Positions 38,919-51,280 of a stretch of DNA of 64,000 bases are shown in pieces. Numbering within the stretch: the first letter of the stretch is position 1; every line of letters starts with the position of its first letter. A program made the position numbers and the translations under genes. Below the pieces are notes generated by a model. That model made no database searches. It was not told the origin of the DNA and saw nothing but the letters and a program-made list of their open reading frames with translations. Source of the stretch: the human T2T-CHM13v2.0 reference genome, Homo sapiens; NCBI RefSeq assembly GCF_009914755.1, contig NC_060936.1; one strand, 5' to 3'.

Positions 38919-40869
38919 GTTGGGCAGCATCCTACCTCTACCTCCAGGCAGGATTCTCCACTCCTCTCATGCCTGTTCTAAAAGCCTCCCAACAAACAGA
39001 TTCCATAGATCCCCTCACTCAGTCTCAACATCAGGGAAGTCTCCCCATGCCCACGCCCAGCCTAGCCTTTCTTTCACTTGCTGCAGTCTTAGTTCCAGAC
39101 TTCATTAATTGATTTCTAGGGGGAGATTCTCGGTCTGCAACCATCTAGCCTGGGATTCTGCTCTCTCCCGCTTTGCTTTTTTCCCCCAACTTGTCCTCTC
39201 TAGGCTGACTTGCAGTGTGGACACTGGAGGCCTGGAGTTCAGATGCTGTCAGCCAGTGCCCTTTGGGACTAGAAACCATGTTTCCTGGATAAAATTGGCC
39301 ACTCCCTCCCCCGTCCCCCAGTTCTGGTCTCTGTGCAAGGAATTATATAGAGAAGGTCAGCTCTTGACAGGGCTCGGGGCGGGGGCTTGTATGACAGGGG
39401 GACGGTGTGTGAACTTCATTTGCTCTTCAGCTTGTCTGGATGGGAAGAATTATATGAGATTAAGTCCTTCCTAGATCCTGTACCAGGAGGGAGCATCTTT
39501 TGGGAGGGAAAAAGTGCCAGGAAAAAAACAAAACACTTTCACATGGACAAATCACATTTGGAAGTAGAGGGTGAGGGAGGTTGAAGAGCCGTAATGGGGA
39601 TATTGGGTCAGCACTTTGGGGAGCAGTAGATGTTAAAGGTGAAGGGAAACGTGGATGATCTGAAGGGCCATAGAGAGGGGCGGTCAAAGGAGTCCAGGTG
39701 GAGGGTCCCCTCCCAGGCCGGCTTCGGGAGGTCATTCCATCCATCCTCTGCCTCCACTTCACTAGAACAAATTATCTGTGCATGTAAGCCCTTCCTTCAC
39801 CCTTGACTCCTCCTTTTACAACAACTCCCTAGGGAGTTTCCAAAACTTTCCTGAGATGCTCAGCTGAAATTTTCTTAAGTGCCTTCCGGAAGCCTGTTCT
39901 GCAATTTTACTTTCTTCTTTCCAATCCTGCCCTCTCCAGGACAGAGAATAGTAGGGCTCTCTTTTTCCTAAGACTTTTCCCAGCTCATGTTTCCCCAAAC
40001 TGGCTCTCAGACTTCAGTCACTAGATTCTCCTAAACTCTGCCTCCTTACCTGGAAGGACTGGGTCTGGGGGACCTCAAGAGTAGCTGTTTTGGGTTAGGT
40101 TTGGCCCAGTCCCAGTCTGCTTTGCTCCAAGGCAGTTAGAGGAAGGAGGGGGTGCTTCTTGTTTTAGTTTTCTCTGATGATAGGGCCAGCAGCAGCTGCC
40201 CTTCTCAAACTCCACATTCTTTTCCTGGGCACCTAGCCCCTCCCCTACTCCTCCCTTTTTCTTCCCTTCCCTCCAGGGACGCCATGGCAACGCAAAAGCA
40301 AGGGCAGTTGTCATGGAAACAGTCCTTTAAAATTTCCTGAATTTGGGGCACAGCCCTCCAGGGGTGCGGGTGGGGGATGTTAGGGTCTGACTGACTAGTG
40401 GTGCTTCTTCTGTGTCTCTGTCACTATATTGCTCATCTCTACAGAAACCTCCCGAGTCCTGAACCTTCGTCCCCTCCTAGCCTCAAGAGATTCAGGGACA
40501 GATCACCAGTCCTGTCCTCTGGGAGCCTTGAGCCTTTTGAAGGAGGCAGACATACCCTAAGGGCGTACACAGAGACAGGGCCCGGATTCAGAGTAGCTGG
40601 ACAGAGCTCTGGCTGCTGGTGCTTTTGTGTGTGTTCTGTGGGACTGAGGGCGCGGGTACTGGTGCATGTAGAGGGTAAGTGGTCAGGGAGGGCAACCCAC
40701 ATCTGGCTGGAAGAGTCCTCTCTAGGTCATCTTCTTCATTCCCTTACTTCCGAGCCCTTCTTCATGGTTTTGGATGTGGGGATGGAGTGGGATGTTTGGA
40801 AGGTAGGAGGGAAGCTTTCTTTCATTTTCTTTGAAATCTCCAGGGAAATAATAATAATTATAGCTATTC

Positions 40870-41035
40870 TTTAGAGAGCATTTACTAAATGCCTTGTACT
40901 TATCTCATTAATTTCCAGGTAGGTGGTATTATCTTTCATTCTGCAATTAAGTATCTGAGGCACAGAGAGGCATGTGACTTACCCAAGGTTGCACAGCCAG
41001 CAGGTGGTAGAGGCAGGATATGAGCCAGGTTCACC
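40870..41035. mobile_element. MIR
   Basis: ggtaggtggtattatc..ctgaggcacagagagg..gtgacttacccaaggt..cacagc. Confidence 0.7.
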
Positions 41036-41161
41036 TAACTAGGTTCTGTGCTCTCTCCCTATGCCACACTGCCTTCTAAAGAAAGTTGTTGATCTCGGTC
41101 CGTAATCACCACCATTCCTGTGGATCCTTGATATATCTCCATTTCCCCTAACTCCCCGCAG

Positions 41162-41302
41162 ATTCCCACTGTGTTTTTGATGAGTTTCCTGGATGCCTTG
41201 GAGACAGGCTATGGGAAGTACAAGAATCCTTACCACAACCAGATCCACGCAGCCGATGTTACCCAGACAGTCCATTGCTTCTTGCTCCGCACAGGGATGG
41301 TG
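41162..41302 (+). CDS. PDE1B: PDE1B exon; IPTVFLMSFLDALETGYGKYKNPYHNQIHAADVTQTVHCFLLRTGMV
   Basis: cgcag| ... GTG|gtagg; YHNxxHAADV class I PDE motif. Confidence 0.98.
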
Positions 41303-41708
41303 GTAGGTGCCCTGGAGATGATTCTTCTGTGATTCAGGGCCTATGGCTACAGAACTGGGAGGTCTAGACTGTACTCCCATTTCCATTTCTCCTCGTTGGT
41401 TCTTCTTGGGCACTCCAAAGCCTTGACAGAGCCAAACTGGATTAACTCACTCTAGAGAATTCCCAGGTAGACTAAAACTCGTTGGACAGTGCTAGGGACA
41501 TGTGCTGGGATGCAGTGGGAGTGTTGCAGGTTCGGATGGAGGAAGGTCCTTGGCCATTTCAGGAGCTGAGAAACCTGGCTGCATTAACCAAGAGCTGGCC
41601 TGGAAGCATGGAAGGGATGGGATGAGTGATCTAGCCTGTGTGTGGAGGTTCCTGGGAAGTGACCAGCAGGCGTCACCCCTCTCTCATTCTTTCTCTTTCC
41701 TCCTGTAG

Positions 41709-41809
41709 CACTGCCTGTCGGAGATTGAGCTCCTGGCCATCATCTTTGCTGCAGCTATCCATGATTATGAGCACACGGGCACTACCAACAGCTTCCACAT
41801 CCAGACCAA
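41709..41809 (+). CDS. PDE1B: PDE1B exon; HCLSEIELLAIIFAAAIHDYEHTGTTNSFHIQTK
   Basis: tgtag| ... AA|gtgag; HDxxHxGxxN metal-binding PDE signature. Confidence 0.98.
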
Positions 41810-41915
41810 GTGAGGGGTGGGGATGTGGCAGGGGCAGGAGGGGCCAAGAGGAGGTGGGGAGGTTGCCGGAGTCCCTCCTTACAGGGGGTGGTCATGATGA
41901 CCTTTGGCTTTGTAG

Positions 41916-42041
41916 GTCAGAATGTGCCATCGTGTACAATGATCGTTCAGTGCTGGAGAATCACCACATCAGCTCTGTTTTCCGATTGATGCAGGATGAT
42001 GAGATGAACATTTTCATCAACCTCACCAAGGATGAGTTTGT
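41916..42041 (+). CDS. PDE1B: PDE1B exon; SECAIVYNDRSVLENHHISSVFRLMQDDEMNIFINLTKDEFV
   Basis: tgtag| ... GT|gtgag; YNDxSVLENHH motif. Confidence 0.98.
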
Positions 42042-42168
42042 GTGAGCAGAAGCCAGTACTTGGCATCCCTAAGAGACTCCCTTACCACAAACTCCATTTT
42101 CCACTTCCTGGACCTCCTGCCCAGCAGCGCTGAGGGGACTGATTGCTTCTCTTTTTATGTCCGCTCAG

Positions 42169-42270
42169 AGAACTCCGAGCCCTGGTCATTGAGATGGTGT
42201 TGGCCACAGACATGTCCTGCCATTTCCAGCAAGTGAAGACCATGAAGACAGCCTTGCAACAGCTGGAGAG
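42169..42270 (+). CDS. PDE1B: PDE1B exon; ELRALVIEMVLATDMSCHFQQVKTMKTALQQLER
   Basis: ctcag| ... AG|gtggc; VLATDM motif. Confidence 0.96.
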
Positions 42271-42415
42271 GTGGCATCTGGTGGGGTGTGGCTGGGGCCA
42301 GGCCAGAGGGAGGGGTGTGTGAACTGGGGGGGTATACACAAGGGTAGTTGGTGTGCCAGGTCTTTACCTCGCTGTAGAGACTCCACTGGCTTCAGGTATC
42401 AGACTGCATCTCTAT

Positions 42416-42428
42416 GTGAGAGAGAGAG

Positions 42429-42462
<34 letters not shown>
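42416..42462. repeat. Compound (GA)n(GT)n microsatellite
   Basis: Direct reading. Confidence 0.95.
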
Positions 42463-42465
<3 letters not shown>

Positions 42466-42894
42466 TTACGTTTACTCACAGCCTTGGCAGCTGATCCACT
42501 GGAGAGTGCTTTGGGCTGGGAATCTAAGATGGGGGTTCTCATCGTAGCTCTGGGACAGGCTTACTCTGGAATGTTGGAAAATTCATTCAACCCTTCTGCC
42601 CCAGTTTTATTACCTCTGAAATGGTGAAAATGATACGCCTCCCCCCACAACAGCTTGCCCCTAGTTCCTAGTCTCATAGGGCTATTGGGAGAGTCATACG
42701 AGGTTTAAAAAAATGCATAGAACAAATGCCATAATTACATCTAATGTTGCTTAGAAGTGAGTGGGAATGTATAAATGTGTGTGAGAGTGGACTGTGTGTG
42801 TGTGTGTCCTGAAGGTGTGTGTTAATCTCTGTGTAAGGTGTTTATGTGTGGGATGCAGTGTCACAGCGGGTCATTGTTGAGGGTATAATAATAA

Positions 42895-43150
42895 TTATTA
42901 CTATTCTAGATAATATCTACTGAGCACTTATTATGTGCTAGACACTCTCCTGAATACTTATTTGTTGTTTGTCACTTAATTCTCAGAACCACTCGATATG
43001 TGGTAGGGTTGTTATTTCCATTTTAGAGTTGAAGAAAATGAAATATGGAAATTTTAAGTAACTTGCTCAGTGTCACGCGGCTAACATGTGGTAGGTATAG
43101 ACGTGAACCCAGGCCCTTTGATTCTAAGAGCCTGGGCTCTCAGCTACTAA
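42895..43150. mobile_element. MIR
   Basis: tactgagcacttattatgtgc..ttaattctc..ccattttaga..gaagaaaatga..taagtaacttgctcagtgtcac..gaacccagg. Confidence 0.7.
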
Positions 43151-43166
43151 CCCGTGCTGCTACCTA

Positions 43167-43578
<412 letters not shown>

Positions 43579-43648
43579 TTAGGGAATGGTCCTAACTTCC
43601 TTTTCCTAAAAGATCAGTCTCCCTTCCCTTGCCATCTGCCCCAACCAG

Positions 43649-43769
43649 GATTGACAAGCCCAAGGCCCTGTCTCTACTGCTCCATGCTGCTGACATCAGC
43701 CACCCAACCAAGCAGTGGTTGGTCCACAGCCGTTGGACCAAGGCCCTCATGGAGGAATTCTTCCGTCAG
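43649..43769 (+). CDS. PDE1B: PDE1B exon; IDKPKALSLLLHAADISHPTKQWLVHSRWTKALMEEFFRQ
   Basis: accag| ... CAG|gtagc; HAADISHP and EEFFRQ motifs. Confidence 0.98.
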
Positions 43770-44101
43770 GTAGCGTGGCATCTTTGCCTTCCCTGTGCCT
43801 ATGGGGGCCTTCTCTCCCCTTTTGCCCTCCAAGTTCCCCAATCCTGTTCCACATCCTCCTTTTGCTACCTGTAGTCTCTGACCTGATCCCAAATCCTTGG
43901 GGTAAAACCCCATTATCCTAAAAGCCTAACAATAGTTGCATTTCATTTGCATATATTTCATTTGCATATTACTAATTTCCAGGTCAACAGTGCAGAAATT
44001 TCACACAACAACCCCCCACCCCCACCACTTGCCACCTGTACCCCAGATCTGGTAGGTCTGAGGTATCCTCTCCAGCTTTCCTACCCTGTTCCCTCCTCTA
44101 G

Positions 44102-44183
44102 GGTGACAAGGAGGCAGAGTTGGGCCTGCCCTTTTCTCCACTCTGTGACCGCACTTCCACTCTAGTGGCACAGTCTCAGATAG
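44102..44183 (+). CDS. PDE1B: PDE1B exon; GDKEAELGLPFSPLCDRTSTLVAQSQI
   Basis: tctag| ... G|gtgag; invariant glutamine region. Confidence 0.97.
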
Positions 44184-44542
44184 GTGAGTGTCCTCTCCTG
44201 CAGGAAGGGGAGGACTGGGAGGGGGAAAAGATGCTGCCTGGGTCAGGATTGCTCCAAGTCCTCAATCCCCCCAAACCATTCTTCCTGTAGAGGAAAGCCT
44301 ACTGTGCTAGAGCATGGGGTCCTGGGTTAGGAGGCCAGGGGGCTGCAATGGCAGGAAGGAGCTCTCTGGGGCACCAAGACATCATCCCAAAGCCTGCCCT
44401 GCATTGGGAAGTTTTCAGCCCCAGGTTACCTCTCCATCCTCTTTCATAAGCAGCCAGGGGTCCTGGCCATGCCAGCTGCATGCTCTGCCTAGCCCTCCAG
44501 ATAATAGTAAGACATCTCTACGGCATTGCTCCTCCACTGCAG

Positions 44543-44651
44543 GGTTCATCGACTTCATTGTGGAGCCCACATTCTCTGTGCTGACTGACGTGGCAGAGAA
44601 GAGTGTTCAGCCCCTGGCGGATGAGGACTCCAAGTCTAAAAACCAGCCCAG
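44543..44651 (+). CDS. PDE1B: PDE1B exon; GFIDFIVEPTFSVLTDVAEKSVQPLADEDSKSKNQP
   Basis: tgcag| ... AG|gtgag; GFIDFIVEP motif. Confidence 0.97.
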
Positions 44652-45121
44652 GTGAGGGTGGCTGGGGTAGCCAGATATCTTGGTTCAGGAAGGCAGTGGT
44701 AGGGAGGGATTTGGACTCACAGAGAGGACCGACTCACAGCCATGGTGGGGTGGTGGGGAGGCAGGCTGCTTCAAGCTTGGGAGTCCCTCTGCCGTCAGGG
44801 ACAGAAGGATGGGATCAGAAGGGTGTGACCTGTACCTATGCTCCCCTTCACCATATTTTTGTTTCTTCCATTAGCTGTCTTTCTGCCTTCTGGCTAATCT
44901 TGTTTTAATTTTCCTTCTACCAGGAGGGAAGATGTGGAGAGGGAGGGGTGAAATGAGGGGGAGAGGGACAGGGACTTGGGGAATATCTAGTAGAGGAAAA
45001 GAGGAAGATGAAGTTCCCTGAACCTTCTCCTGGTCTTCCATGTCCTGCACTCCCAGGGCTAAGGTGGTTCTGGAGTGGGCTGGGGCTTACCTCTTGCGGC
45101 TTTTGGGGGTTCTGCTTCTAG

Positions 45122-45252
45122 CTTTCAGTGGCGCCAGCCCTCTCTGGATGTGGAAGTGGGAGACCCCAACCCTGATGTGGTCAGCTTTCGTTCCACCTGG
45201 GTCAAGCGCATTCAGGAGAACAAGCAGAAATGGAAGGAACGGGCAGCAAGTG
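45122..45252 (+). CDS. PDE1B: PDE1B exon; SFQWRQPSLDVEVGDPNPDVVSFRSTWVKRIQENKQKWKERAAS
   Basis: tctag| ... G|gtggg; frame continuous. Confidence 0.95.
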
Positions 45253-45775
45253 GTGGGTACCATGGCAGAGGGCAGGGGTGAGAACTTGTGTGGGTGGATC
45301 ATGGAGCACTAGGAGGTCCATTTTTCTTAAGCCCCTGGGGAAACCCTTTGCCGGACTCCTTGATTTGGGAGTGGAGCTGATCAGACCAGTTAGATCACAG
45401 GAAAGACTGGCTGAGTGGCCTGGAATGTTCTAAGAATGGGGGCCGTAGAGATGATAGAGACAGTCAGATATTCCACAACCCAAGGGTCCCTGTGCACACT
45501 GTGGTCCCTGTAAATGGTGCCCCTGTAGATTTGGCTAATTTGGTGGCCCTGGCTGGGAAATCTCTTCCTGTGTGAGGGGGTGGTAGGGTGGTGTTGAGGG
45601 TTCTGAGTTTTAGCAAGGCTGGAGAGGCTCTTCCCAAGTGGGGATGGGTTGAATGTAGTTCAGCTTGAAGGCAGGTTGATGGATGAGAATCCCTTACATG
45701 TCTCCACATACTCCTTGGGTTCTGGGGAAGAATACTTCTTGGCCTAAGCTCAGCCTCCTTTATGCTCCTCTACAG

Positions 45776-45879
45776 GCATCACCAACCAGATGTCCATTGA
45801 CGAGCTGTCCCCCTGTGAAGAAGAGGCCCCCCCATCCCCTGCCGAAGATGAACACAACCAGAATGGGAATCTGGATTAG
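45776..45879 (+). CDS. PDE1B: PDE1B last coding segment; GITNQMSIDELSPCEEEAPPSPAEDEHNQNGNLD-stop (exon continues to 45896)
   Basis: tacag| acceptor, TAG 45877-45879; total CDS 1611 nt = 536 aa; donor CAG|gtgag at 45896/7. Confidence 0.96.
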
Positions 45880-46410
45880 CCCTGGGGCTGGCCCAGGTGA
45901 GCCTGTTGTGGTGGAGGGTGTAGGAGAGCTGGTGTCTATCATGGCATCTTTGTTGGGTCGTCTCTGGGCTCCAGTGGATGCGACATTCTCTCTCCCCTTT
46001 TGAGCAGTAAAATGGAGCGAGTGAAGACATAGAATGGAGCCAAAGTGTGGGTGGAGCAGGGAAATCCTCCCACGCTCTTCTGTCCCCCAGTCCCTGCAGG
46101 AACAAAGGAGGTAGCTTCTCAGAACAGCAGCAGAACAGGGTGGGCCCATGCCAGGTGACAGCTAACCTGCACCGCACCTTAGGGAGGGTTAGGGAAAAGG
46201 AGCCCAGCCAGGGCACACAGCTCAGTGAGGGCAGCTGAACGTGACTTCGACTTCAGCCCCTATTCACCCCCTTGGCTGGGCACCCTTCTGAAGGGCATTT
46301 TTTGCACAGCTCTACTCGGGACTGAGTGGGGATCAGGACTTGGAGAAGGAAGGTCAGGTTGGAGGTGAAGGCAAAGCTCAGGGCACTGAAGTTTCTCCCT
46401 CTTTCCCCAG

Positions 46411-47795
46411 GTCTTCATTGAGTCCAAAGTGTTTGATGTCATCAGCACCATCCATCAGGACTGGCTCCCCCATCTGCTCCAAGGGAGCGTGGTCGTGGAA
46501 GAAACAACCCACCTGAAGGCCAAATGCCAGAGATTTGGGGTTGGGGAAAGGGCCCCTCCCCACCTGACACCCACTGGGGTGCACTTTAATGTTCCGGCAG
46601 CAAGACTGGGGAACTTCAGGCTCCCAGTGGTCACTGTGCCCATCCCTCAGCCTCTGGATTCTCTTCATGGCCAGGTGGCTGCCAGGGAGCGGGGAGCTTC
46701 CTGGAGGCTTCCCAGGGCCTTGGGGAAGGGTCAGAGATGCCAGCCCCCTGGGACCTCCCCCATCCTTTTTGCCTCCAAGTTTCTAAGCAATACATTTTGG
46801 GGGTTCCCTCAGCCCCCCACCCCAGATCTTAGCTGGCAGGTCTGGGTGCCCCTTTTCCTCCCCTGGGAAGGGCTGGAATAGGATAGAAAGCTGGGGGTTT
46901 TCAGAGCCCTATGTGTGGGGAGGGGAGTGGATTCCTTCAGGGCATGGTACCTTTCTAGGACCTGGGAATGGGGTGGAGAGGACATCCTCTTCACCCCAGA
47001 ATTGCGCTGCTTCAGCCCCATCTCCAGCCTGATCCTCTGAATCTTCCTTCCCTCCCTTTCTGATATAGTGACTGGGGCAAAAGGAGCCATTGTGACCAGG
47101 GGCTGCGGGAGGCCTTTCCTGGGACCTTCCTTGGGACTGGTCTGGGCCCCTGGGGCTTGTCGCCTGCCCTGAGTCCGGAGCCCTTTGCCTCCTTCCTCTC
47201 CCCTGGGGCTGGGAGGCTCCATCCGACCAATGTCTGTAAAGTGCTTTGAGGATCTCCCCAGCAAAGCACCTTCAGAATGTATCGACACCAGCTGGGTTAG
47301 GGTCAAGGGTGCCTGGGGAGGGTGAGTAATCCTGCATTGCTAAAAGAGAGGGTCTGTCCCCTCCTCTCCACGTCCCAGAACTGGCCCAGCTGCAGGCACT
47401 AAGAAGCTCCTCCCCTGAGACAAGTGAGGGGTAGTCGGTGAAAGGCAGATGGACAAGGGGCTCAGGGCTGCTGCCTTCCTGTCCTCTGGAGAGAACCCAG
47501 CCAGGCGCGGTGCCCCTTCCTCTCCTCAGGCTCCTCCTTGCCCCCACCTTGCCCCAGGAAAGGCCAAAGTCCAGGTGACTGCCCTCCTTCTTTCTTGTAA
47601 ATACCAACCGTGCATTTGTACAGTGGGCCCTGTTCATGCGAAATCCACATCCATGGTCTCCTAGACCTGCTACCCTGGTACTTCCACCCTACCCCACCCC
47701 GAGAAGGGCAGAGACGCATGTGACTCACCCCTGCCCTTGGTTTCCCAGACCCCTGCTACAGCCAGAGAACAATAAAGAAGGGAGACCAGGCCTGA
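46411..47795 (+). other. PDE1B: PDE1B terminal non-coding exon (3' UTR; end approximate)
   Basis: Strong acceptor ctccctctttccccag| at 46410; AATAAA at 47771 followed by GT-rich tgtgtgtgtt. Confidence 0.8.
47771..47776 (+). terminator. PDE1B: PDE1B polyA signal AATAAA
   Basis: Canonical hexamer with downstream GU-rich element. Confidence 0.85.
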
Positions 47796-48935
47796 CTGTG
47801 TGTGTTCACTGGGTACAAGTTGACCAAGCATCTTCACATACATACACTCTTTCCAGCATGATAAAATCTGGGTGAGGCGTTCTCCCTCATATATATATAT
47901 ATATATTTAGGTATGTATCTGGGCAAGCTGAGGCCCAGGAGGAGGCCCCGAGGGCTCATAGTAGCTGCATGGCAGAAGTGGGACCTGACGCTTCTCAGGC
48001 TCTGCTCTTGCCTCTGTACCACATGCTTCAGCAGGGAGGGGGAAAGAATCTTGCCTTCCCTCCTTTCCTCTCTCCCACTACCTGGGAAAATCAAAAACAG
48101 CAGCAGGAGAGAGGCCTGGCCGTGAGATCTGAGACAGTTTCTTCTCTTATGCTTGGTTTTGGTCTTATCTGGGCCCCTCAATGTCTAGGACAAGGGAACC
48201 CTTCCAGTCTCCAGCATGGGCCTCTTCATTAATAGCCACTGTGTTCTCTATCCATTGTTGCTAACGGGTTGAAATAAGGGACAGCGGTCCCACAGCTGGA
48301 AGAGGGAACACATCCTGAAGCTTGGGAATCCAAAAGGAAGGCAGCTGGGGCTTGGAGGGCAGGCGAGGAGGTATCGGCACACCACCACACCCTCTTTCCC
48401 ATGGGCCAAGTGCCATGGTGCAGTTCCCCTTTTGTCCAGCAGATGGAGCCCACCGCACAGTCACAGCTGGACACGGCACAGGCCTTAGAGCGCCGAGTCT
48501 TCCAGCTGCAGGGCAGGCCTGTGAGGTGGTCGGATCGTTCCTCAATAAGAAAAGAGAACCTGGGGCTTTTCTTCCTTCTTGGCACCCTGGAAGTTAGTCC
48601 TCCCACCTATCTGACCCTCATCTCTCTTCCCACAGCAAGTAAAGTCAGGGCTAAGGGAAGAACTCTTCCCTGCTCAAGGCTTCTGCCTAGCTCCTGTTTC
48701 TTCCTTCCCAGAGGCAGCTTGGCAGGAGGGTGGGGGCTACAGAGAGGGCAGGGCAAGAAGGCAGGGAGAAAGGATTCTCCCAGTTGGAAAAGAAGGAAAG
48801 TGCCAAGGACCTAACACCAAATTTATCACTTTTTAAAAACAAGAGATTTTCCCCAAAAGTGAAGGAATAAGAAACAAATCCGGTGTCCATGCATTCCCAA
48901 ACTGCAGTCTTGATCCCAAGATACCTCCTCCTCTC

Positions 48936-48941
48936 TCAGAC
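48936..48941 (-). CDS. PPP1R1A: PPP1R1A last exon, coding part (Val171 + TGA)
   Basis: Minus strand ccataacag|GTC TGA; completes 516-nt CDS. Confidence 0.88.
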   Translation of the reverse strand, partial: V

Positions 48942-49492
48942 CTGTTATGGGGGAAAGGGGACAGAAAGAGAAGGTGAGAGGCCAGAGGGTCATTTTGTCC
49001 CTTCCCCTTCTGGCCATCCCATTTGTCAACATCTAATGTCTCAGAAAGCTTGTTCTGATGTCTGAGAGCAGTCCTTCCTGTGTCCAGTCTATGCAGGGGG
49101 CTGCGGATTATGAAATCAAAGCTCAGGAAGTTATCTCATCAATGCATCCTCCAGGCAGGGAGAGCCACTGCCCACTTCAGCTGGGCAGGTGAGGATCTCC
49201 CTTCGGGTTCCAAATCCCCTTTATCAAAAAATCCACGGCCTACTGCTCTCACCCATTCCAGGAGCCAGAAGTCCTACACAAAGTCTAATCTCAATCCTTC
49301 TTGCTGCAGCTATCCATTTCTTTTTGTCTGTCAGAGGAGATACAAGTCCTTTTACCATAAAGAATAACTTTTTAGGGACTGAAGCTGGTTCTTTGTTTTC
49401 CTTTTCCTAGACTCCAAATATTAGCCCCTTGCTTTTGTCCACAATATTAGCCTCCTCTCCTATGACCTGGCAGCCCAGCCCTGGGGTCTTAC

Positions 49493-49599
49493 CGAGTTGG
49501 CTCCCTTGGAATCCAGTGGTGGTATATGGGTTGAGGGTTCTTTTGTGCTGGGTTCCTTACTGCCTCTTTCGTGAGTTTTAGGGATGCATTCTGCAGTTT
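49493..49599 (-). CDS. PPP1R1A: PPP1R1A exon 6; KTAECIPKTHERGSKEPSTKEPSTHIPPLDSKGANS
   Basis: ccccag| ... TCG|gtaag on minus strand. Confidence 0.95.
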
Positions 49600-50524
49600 C
49601 TGGGGAGGGAACATAGGGGTGGGAGGAAGAGGTGGCATTCATAAAGGTGTTGGGGAGGGAACTGCTTCTCCTCACTGCACCCATACCCCAGTGGCCCCTG
49701 AGAGGGCCCCAGGACCAAGTTGGGTGCAATCAGGCAAGACCAACAGGGTTTTCTTTGATCACAATTACTACTATATGTTCACTTTTAAAAAATCTTCAAT
49801 CAAATTGGAAAGAATAAACCCTCTACAGTTTAAAAAACAAAACTCAATATGTGTCTAAACCTGACATGAACTCATAGGAGGCTGTTTTTAGTCTTTATTC
49901 TGCTTAGTGAGACCATTCACTGGATTGCAGAAATATTATGTGTTTGATTGTAGGGTTCTCTGCCGGGAATACTATGCGATACACAGTTTATGTACTATAT
50001 CTTCATAAAATTGGAAGCATTCTGAATTCTGGAATATATCTAGGATAAGGGACATAGCGCACTGCTACCAGCTTCCACTTATTGCATGCTCTGTGTGTGT
50101 CGGGTGCTGTGTCAACAGCCAGTCTCATTTAATAGTCACACACAACCCACTGCAACAGGCACCCTCATTATCATTTTATACCCTGAGGTTAAGTCGTTCA
50201 AGGCCTCTCAGCTGGTAAGGTAGCAAGTGGCCGAGCCAGGATTCTAGCCTGTGATTGCTGTTCCCATGAAGGTGGGTTTCCCCCATGTAGCCACAGTGGG
50301 GCTCTGAGGTTCAAGTTGGGAGGGCTTGGTGTCACTCAGTAAGGAAAAGTGAAGATTCAAATATATGCCGAACATGCCAACAGATCCATATCCTTGAGAC
50401 AGTTTTTGCCTACTACTAGGCCTCTCCCAGGCTCCAACTCTTTCCCCTCCCCGCAGTGGGTAAGGCTTGCCTCCTGCTGGGCTGGGAAATAGGATGCCTG
50501 GGGCCCTCCCCAGCCTGAACATAC

Positions 50525-50680
50525 TTTTTGCTGTCCCAGAGGTGCCCAGCCTTGACTCCACTTCTGTGTCTGGGATCCCAGGTGGGCGGGACTCCTGGGT
50601 TCCTGTGCTCTCAGCGGCCCCCTCAGGTTCCTCTCCTTGCTGCTGTTGCCCCAGGTGATGTTCAACCATCATCTGGAGCT
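50525..50680 (-). CDS. PPP1R1A: PPP1R1A exon 5; ELQMMVEHHLGQQQQGEEPEGAAESTGTQESRPPGIPDTEVESRLGTSGTAK
   Basis: ccccag| ... A|gtatgt. Confidence 0.95.
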
Positions 50681-51280
50681 CTGGGGACACAGAGAAAGGG
50701 AGGGAACACTGGATATGACTGCCTAGCGTCTCCCCTGTGGGCCTCCGGATTCAACAGCCCCACTAAAGGCTCAGCACACATTGCTGGGTGTTTGACTTTC
50801 CCATCCACTGAGATCTGAACAAGGAGGGGACATTAGCTGGCAATAAGGAGGAATGAAAACTAGACCATAAAAAGTATTCTTCTTCACAGATAAGGGAGGC
50901 ATAGGAGAAGAGGCTTTAAGAACAAGGGATACTCCTCACTTGCTGGGATACATGGTCTTCCCTGGGGGAAGGTGGAAAGGCTCAATTTAGATTCAAGAAA
51001 AATTTGAGTATCTTGTACATGTTGTGCACTGTGCCGGTGAGTTCACATATATTATTTTATCTGCCATAATGAGGTAGTATTCAAGGCTCAGTAAGTTAAG
51101 CAGTTTCTCCCAGATCACCCAGCTAGTCAGTGGCAAAACTGGGATTTCAGCCTCAGTTCGTCTAGCAACAGTTCTACCATAATAAAGGCAGATTTAACGA
51201 CCTCCCTTCCAAAGGGCATTCGGTCTCCTCTTCAGCTTCAGGCACAGAGGAGAAAAAGGGATGGGAGGGGTCTTGCAAAC

